In this document: positions 61,558-64,000 of the stretch, one piece after another | How positions within the stretch are numbered: the stretch's first letter is position 1 | Layout: every line of letters starts with the position of its first letter | DNA from: Candidatus Binatia bacterium | GTDB lineage: Bacteria; Desulfobacterota; Binatia; DP-6 | Direction of reading: 5' to 3' | Assembly: GCA_046327955.1 (NCBI GenBank) | Contig: JAXLXP010000007.1 | Location: forward strand, 193,136-257,135 | DNA: 64,000 bases | Program-made: the position numbers and the translations under genes | Notes under the pieces: generated by a model | Seen by the model: the letters and a program-made list of their open reading frames with translations, nothing else | Database searches by the model: none | Told to the model about the DNA's origin: nothing

Positions 61558-62519
61558 GGTCCCTCCGCGCGCAGGGCGACCCCCTCCGCGGTCAGCCGTT
61601 CGACCAGGTAGGCGTGCCGTACGCCGTGGTCGCTCACCCGCAAGCCCGGGACGTCGAGCGCGCTCACCAGCGCGAGCGCAATGAGCGCGCCGGCCGGCAG
61701 GATGCGGGCCCGTCCGGAATCGAGGCCGCCGAGCCCCTCGCGCGCGGCGATCGGCTGGCGCGCCAGGCGCACGACGAGCCCCTCGAGCGCAGCACGCGCG
61801 AGCACGTGGCCGTGCACCCGCGCCGCGTCGTACACCGTGAGCCCGAGGTCGACGGTCGCGAGCGCCGTCGCAGTCCCGCCCGATATCGCGAGGGTTGCTC
61901 CGGCCGTGCGCGCGTGCGCGAGCACCGGAGCGCCCGCGAGCACGTCGGCGACGTGGACCGCGAGCCGGTCCCACGCGTCGGCCGGGGCAGGATCGCCCGC
62001 CAGAGCAGTCTCCGTCAGCCGCAGCGCTCCGAGCGGGAGGCTCACGGCCTCGCGCACCACGGTCCCGATGCCGAGGGTCAACTCCGTCGTCCCGCCGCCG
62101 ACGTCGGCGACGAGAACCGGCGCCGTCCCCGGCCCGAGCCCCGCCGCCACGGCGGCGTACGCGAGGCGCGCCTCGGCCTCACCGGTGAGCACCACGATCG
62201 ACACCCCGCTGGCGACCGCCAGCTCGCCGACGAACGCCGCACCGTCGGCCGCGCGGCGTGCCGCGCCCGTGGCGAATCCCCACAGTCGCGCCGCCCCGGC
62301 CGCCCGTGCGCGCGCCACCAGCGCTGCCACCGCGCGCGCCGTCCGCTCCCGTGCGCCCGCAGCGAGGGGACCGCCGTCGACGAGCCCCGCGCCGAGCTGC
62401 GTGGTGACGAGCGCGCGATCGACGATGGCGAGCTGCCCCTCGGGGTCGACGGCTGCCACCAGCAGGAGGACCGAGTTCGAGCCGATGTCGAGGACGCCGG
62501 CGGCCCGAACCGTCGCCAT
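61548..62519 (-). CDS. ppx: Ppx/GppA family phosphatase
   Basis: AAGVLDIGSNSVLLLVA...DVGGGTTEL. The ATG overlaps the trmFO stop (ATGA). Confidence 0.8.
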   Translation of the reverse strand: MATVRAAGVLDIGSNSVLLLVAAVDPEGQLAIVDRALVTTQLGAGLVDGGPLAAGARERTARAVAALVARARAAGAARLWGFATGAARRAADGAAFVGELAVASGVSIVVLTGEAEARLAYAAVAAGLGPGTAPVLVADVGGGTTELTLGIGTVVREAVSLPLGALRLTETALAGDPAPADAWDRLAVHVADVLAGAPVLAHARTAGATLAISGGTATALATVDLGLTVYDAARVHGHVLARAALEGLVVRLARQPIAAREGLGGLDSGRARILPAGALIALALVSALDVPGLRVSDHGVRHAYLVERLTAEGVALRAEGPWA

Positions 62520-63859
62520 CACGCGAGCTGGCGCACGCCCGAGGTCGTGGGACCGAGCCCGTTGCGCTCCCGCCACCGCGTGAGGTCGTCGAGCGCCCGT
62601 GCCGCGAGCGCGAGCTTCTTCTCCCGCCCGCGGAGCATTCTCGCCAGCGGTGGGAAGAGGCCGTAGTTCGCGTTCATCGGCTGGAACTCGCGGCGCCCAC
62701 GCTGTGTCACGTACGCGATCAATGCCCCCATCGCGGTCGTACGCGGCGGGACGAGCGTCGCCTCACCGCGCACCAGCCGGACGGCGTTCAGCCCCGCCAA
62801 GAGCCCCATCGCCGCCGACTCGACGTACCCCTCGACGCCGACGATCTGTCCGGCGAGCAGGAGCGTCCGTCGCGCCACCACCTGCAGCGACGGCAGCAGA
62901 AGGTCGGGCGCGTTGACGTAGGTGTTGCGGTGCAGGCTGCCGAGTCGGACGAACTCCGCCCGCTCGAGCCCGGGGATCATACGGAAGACACGCCGCTGCT
63001 CGGGGTGCTTCATGCGCGTCTGGAAGCCGACCATGTTGAAGAGGCGGCCCTCGGCGTCGTCCTGCCGCAGCTGCACGCACGCGAAGGCGCGTTTGCCGGT
63101 CTGCGGGTCGACGAGGCCAACGGGCCGCATCGGGCCGAAGGCGAGCGTGTCGCGGCCACGCCGCGCCATCTCCTCGATCGGCATGCAGCCCTCGAAGTAG
63201 ACGCAGCGTTCGAACTCGCGCGTGGGAACCTTCTCCGCCGCGAGCACGGCGTCGACGAAGGCGTAGTATTGCTCGCGCGAGAGCGGGCAGTTGACGTAGT
63301 CGTCGCCCCCCTTGTCGTAGCGCGAGGCGCGCCACGCGACGCGCATGTCGATCGAATCGGCGGCGACCGTCGGGGCGATCGCATCGTAGAAGTAGAGTTG
63401 CTTCGAGCCGAGGGCGTGCTGGAGCTGCTCGGCCAGGGGGGCCGAGGTGAGCGGCCCGGTGGCGAGAATCGCGAGACCCGTGGGCAGGGTGGTCGCCTCC
63501 CCGCGGACGAGCCGGATCATGGGCTCGTCCGTGATCGCGCGCGTGAGGGCGTCGGCGAAGCCGACGCGGTCGACGGCAAGGCAGGCACCCGCGGGAACCC
63601 GATGGCCATCGGCGACCTGCATGATCAGCGAGCCGAGCTGGCGCATCTCGTCCTTCAGGAGGCCGACGGCCGTCTCGAGCGTCGCGTTGCGGAAGGAGTT
63701 GGAACAGACGAGCTCGCCCAGCCGGTCGGTCGCGTGCGCGGCGGTGCGCACCTGCGGGCGCATCTCGTGCAGATCGACGGGAATCCCGGCCCGCGCCAGC
63801 TGCCATGCCGCCTCGCTCCCGGCGAGCCCCCCCCCGATGATCGTGACGCGCACGTTCAC
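62519..63859 (-). CDS. trmFO: methylenetetrahydrofolate--tRNA-(uracil54-C5)-methyltransferase (FADH2-oxidising) TrmFO
   Basis: [18 protein letters not shown]... full-length TrmFO/Gid homology. GTG start overlaps the upstream stop. Confidence 0.85.
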   Translation of the reverse strand: MNVRVTIIGGGLAGSEAAWQLARAGIPVDLHEMRPQVRTAAHATDRLGELVCSNSFRNATLETAVGLLKDEMRQLGSLIMQVADGHRVPAGACLAVDRVGFADALTRAITDEPMIRLVRGEATTLPTGLAILATGPLTSAPLAEQLQHALGSKQLYFYDAIAPTVAADSIDMRVAWRASRYDKGGDDYVNCPLSREQYYAFVDAVLAAEKVPTREFERCVYFEGCMPIEEMARRGRDTLAFGPMRPVGLVDPQTGKRAFACVQLRQDDAEGRLFNMVGFQTRMKHPEQRRVFRMIPGLERAEFVRLGSLHRNTYVNAPDLLLPSLQVVARRTLLLAGQIVGVEGYVESAAMGLLAGLNAVRLVRGEATLVPPRTTAMGALIAYVTQRGRREFQPMNANYGLFPPLARMLRGREKKLALAARALDDLTRWRERNGLGPTTSGVRQLA

Positions 63860-64000
63860 GACGGCGTCCGGCCGGCGCGACGGGCACCCGCGGTCTTCTT
63901 CGACGCCGCGGCCTTCTTGCGCTTGGTCGGGGCCGGCGCGCCTTCGACACCCGCGGCCGTCTTCGCCGCCTTCGCGGCGCCCGTCCGCGCCGCGGGCCGC
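63856..64000 (-). CDS. topA: 3' end of an upstream gene with a Lys/Ala-rich basic tail, probably DNA topoisomerase I; 5' part lies beyond the window
   Basis: ...[37 protein letters not shown] topA-trmFO order is common in bacteria. Confidence 0.4.
   Translation of the reverse strand, partial: RPAARTGAAKAAKTAAGVEGAPAPTKRKKAAASKKTAGARRAGRTPS

Overview
High-GC (~70%) bacterial chromosome segment; the gene content (Tol-Pal cluster, gap-pgk-tpiA-secG-tRNA-Leu, frr-pyrH-tsf-rpsB, rho, leu/ilv genes) fits a Gram-negative, Myxococcota/deltaproteobacterium-like genome. Most of the window is conserved core backbone, largely on the minus strand, with many 4-nt start/stop overlaps: recN-nadK, rarA, truA-asd-leuB-leuA (with an upstream leucine attenuator), pssA-psd-ilvC-ilvN, tsaB-rseP-cdsA-uppS-frr-pyrH-tsf-rpsB, rho, rluD-like/ribF, ybgF-pal-tolB-tolA-tolR-tolQ, gap-pgk-tpiA-secG, and at the right end ilvE-glnE-ppx-trmFO-topA'. 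Two accessory regions stand out. (1) The left edge carries the C-terminal 673 aa of an SF1 helicase fused to DUF3320 and a Vsr/DUF559 endonuclease-like domain (Hhe-like candidate defence protein), then a secreted protein, then a ~70-bp inverted-repeat pair flanking a transposase C-terminal remnant next to tRNA-Ala(GGC). (2) A ~11.8-kb integrative element sits in the 3' end of tRNA-Leu(GAG), bounded by 27-bp direct repeats (34942-34968 and 46716-46742). Inside it: an integrase gene split by an IS256-family element (8-bp TSD); a translationally coupled operon (orf108-orf60-DUF3631 protein-Zn-ribbon/HTH protein) with a duplicated zinc-ribbon-coding segment; an excisionase-like HTH gene; an IS21-family element (8-bp TSD); an orphan terminase small subunit; two secreted cargo proteins; and a second integrase facing the attR repeat. 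Both IS elements have perfect IR/TSD but multiply frameshifted transposase genes. Other notable items are a large GAF-coiled-coil-REC protein, an NTPase-methyltransferase fusion, apparent non-canonical start codons for tsaB and pyrH, and a consensus sigma70-like promoter upstream of rho. No rRNA and no CRISPR array were seen.
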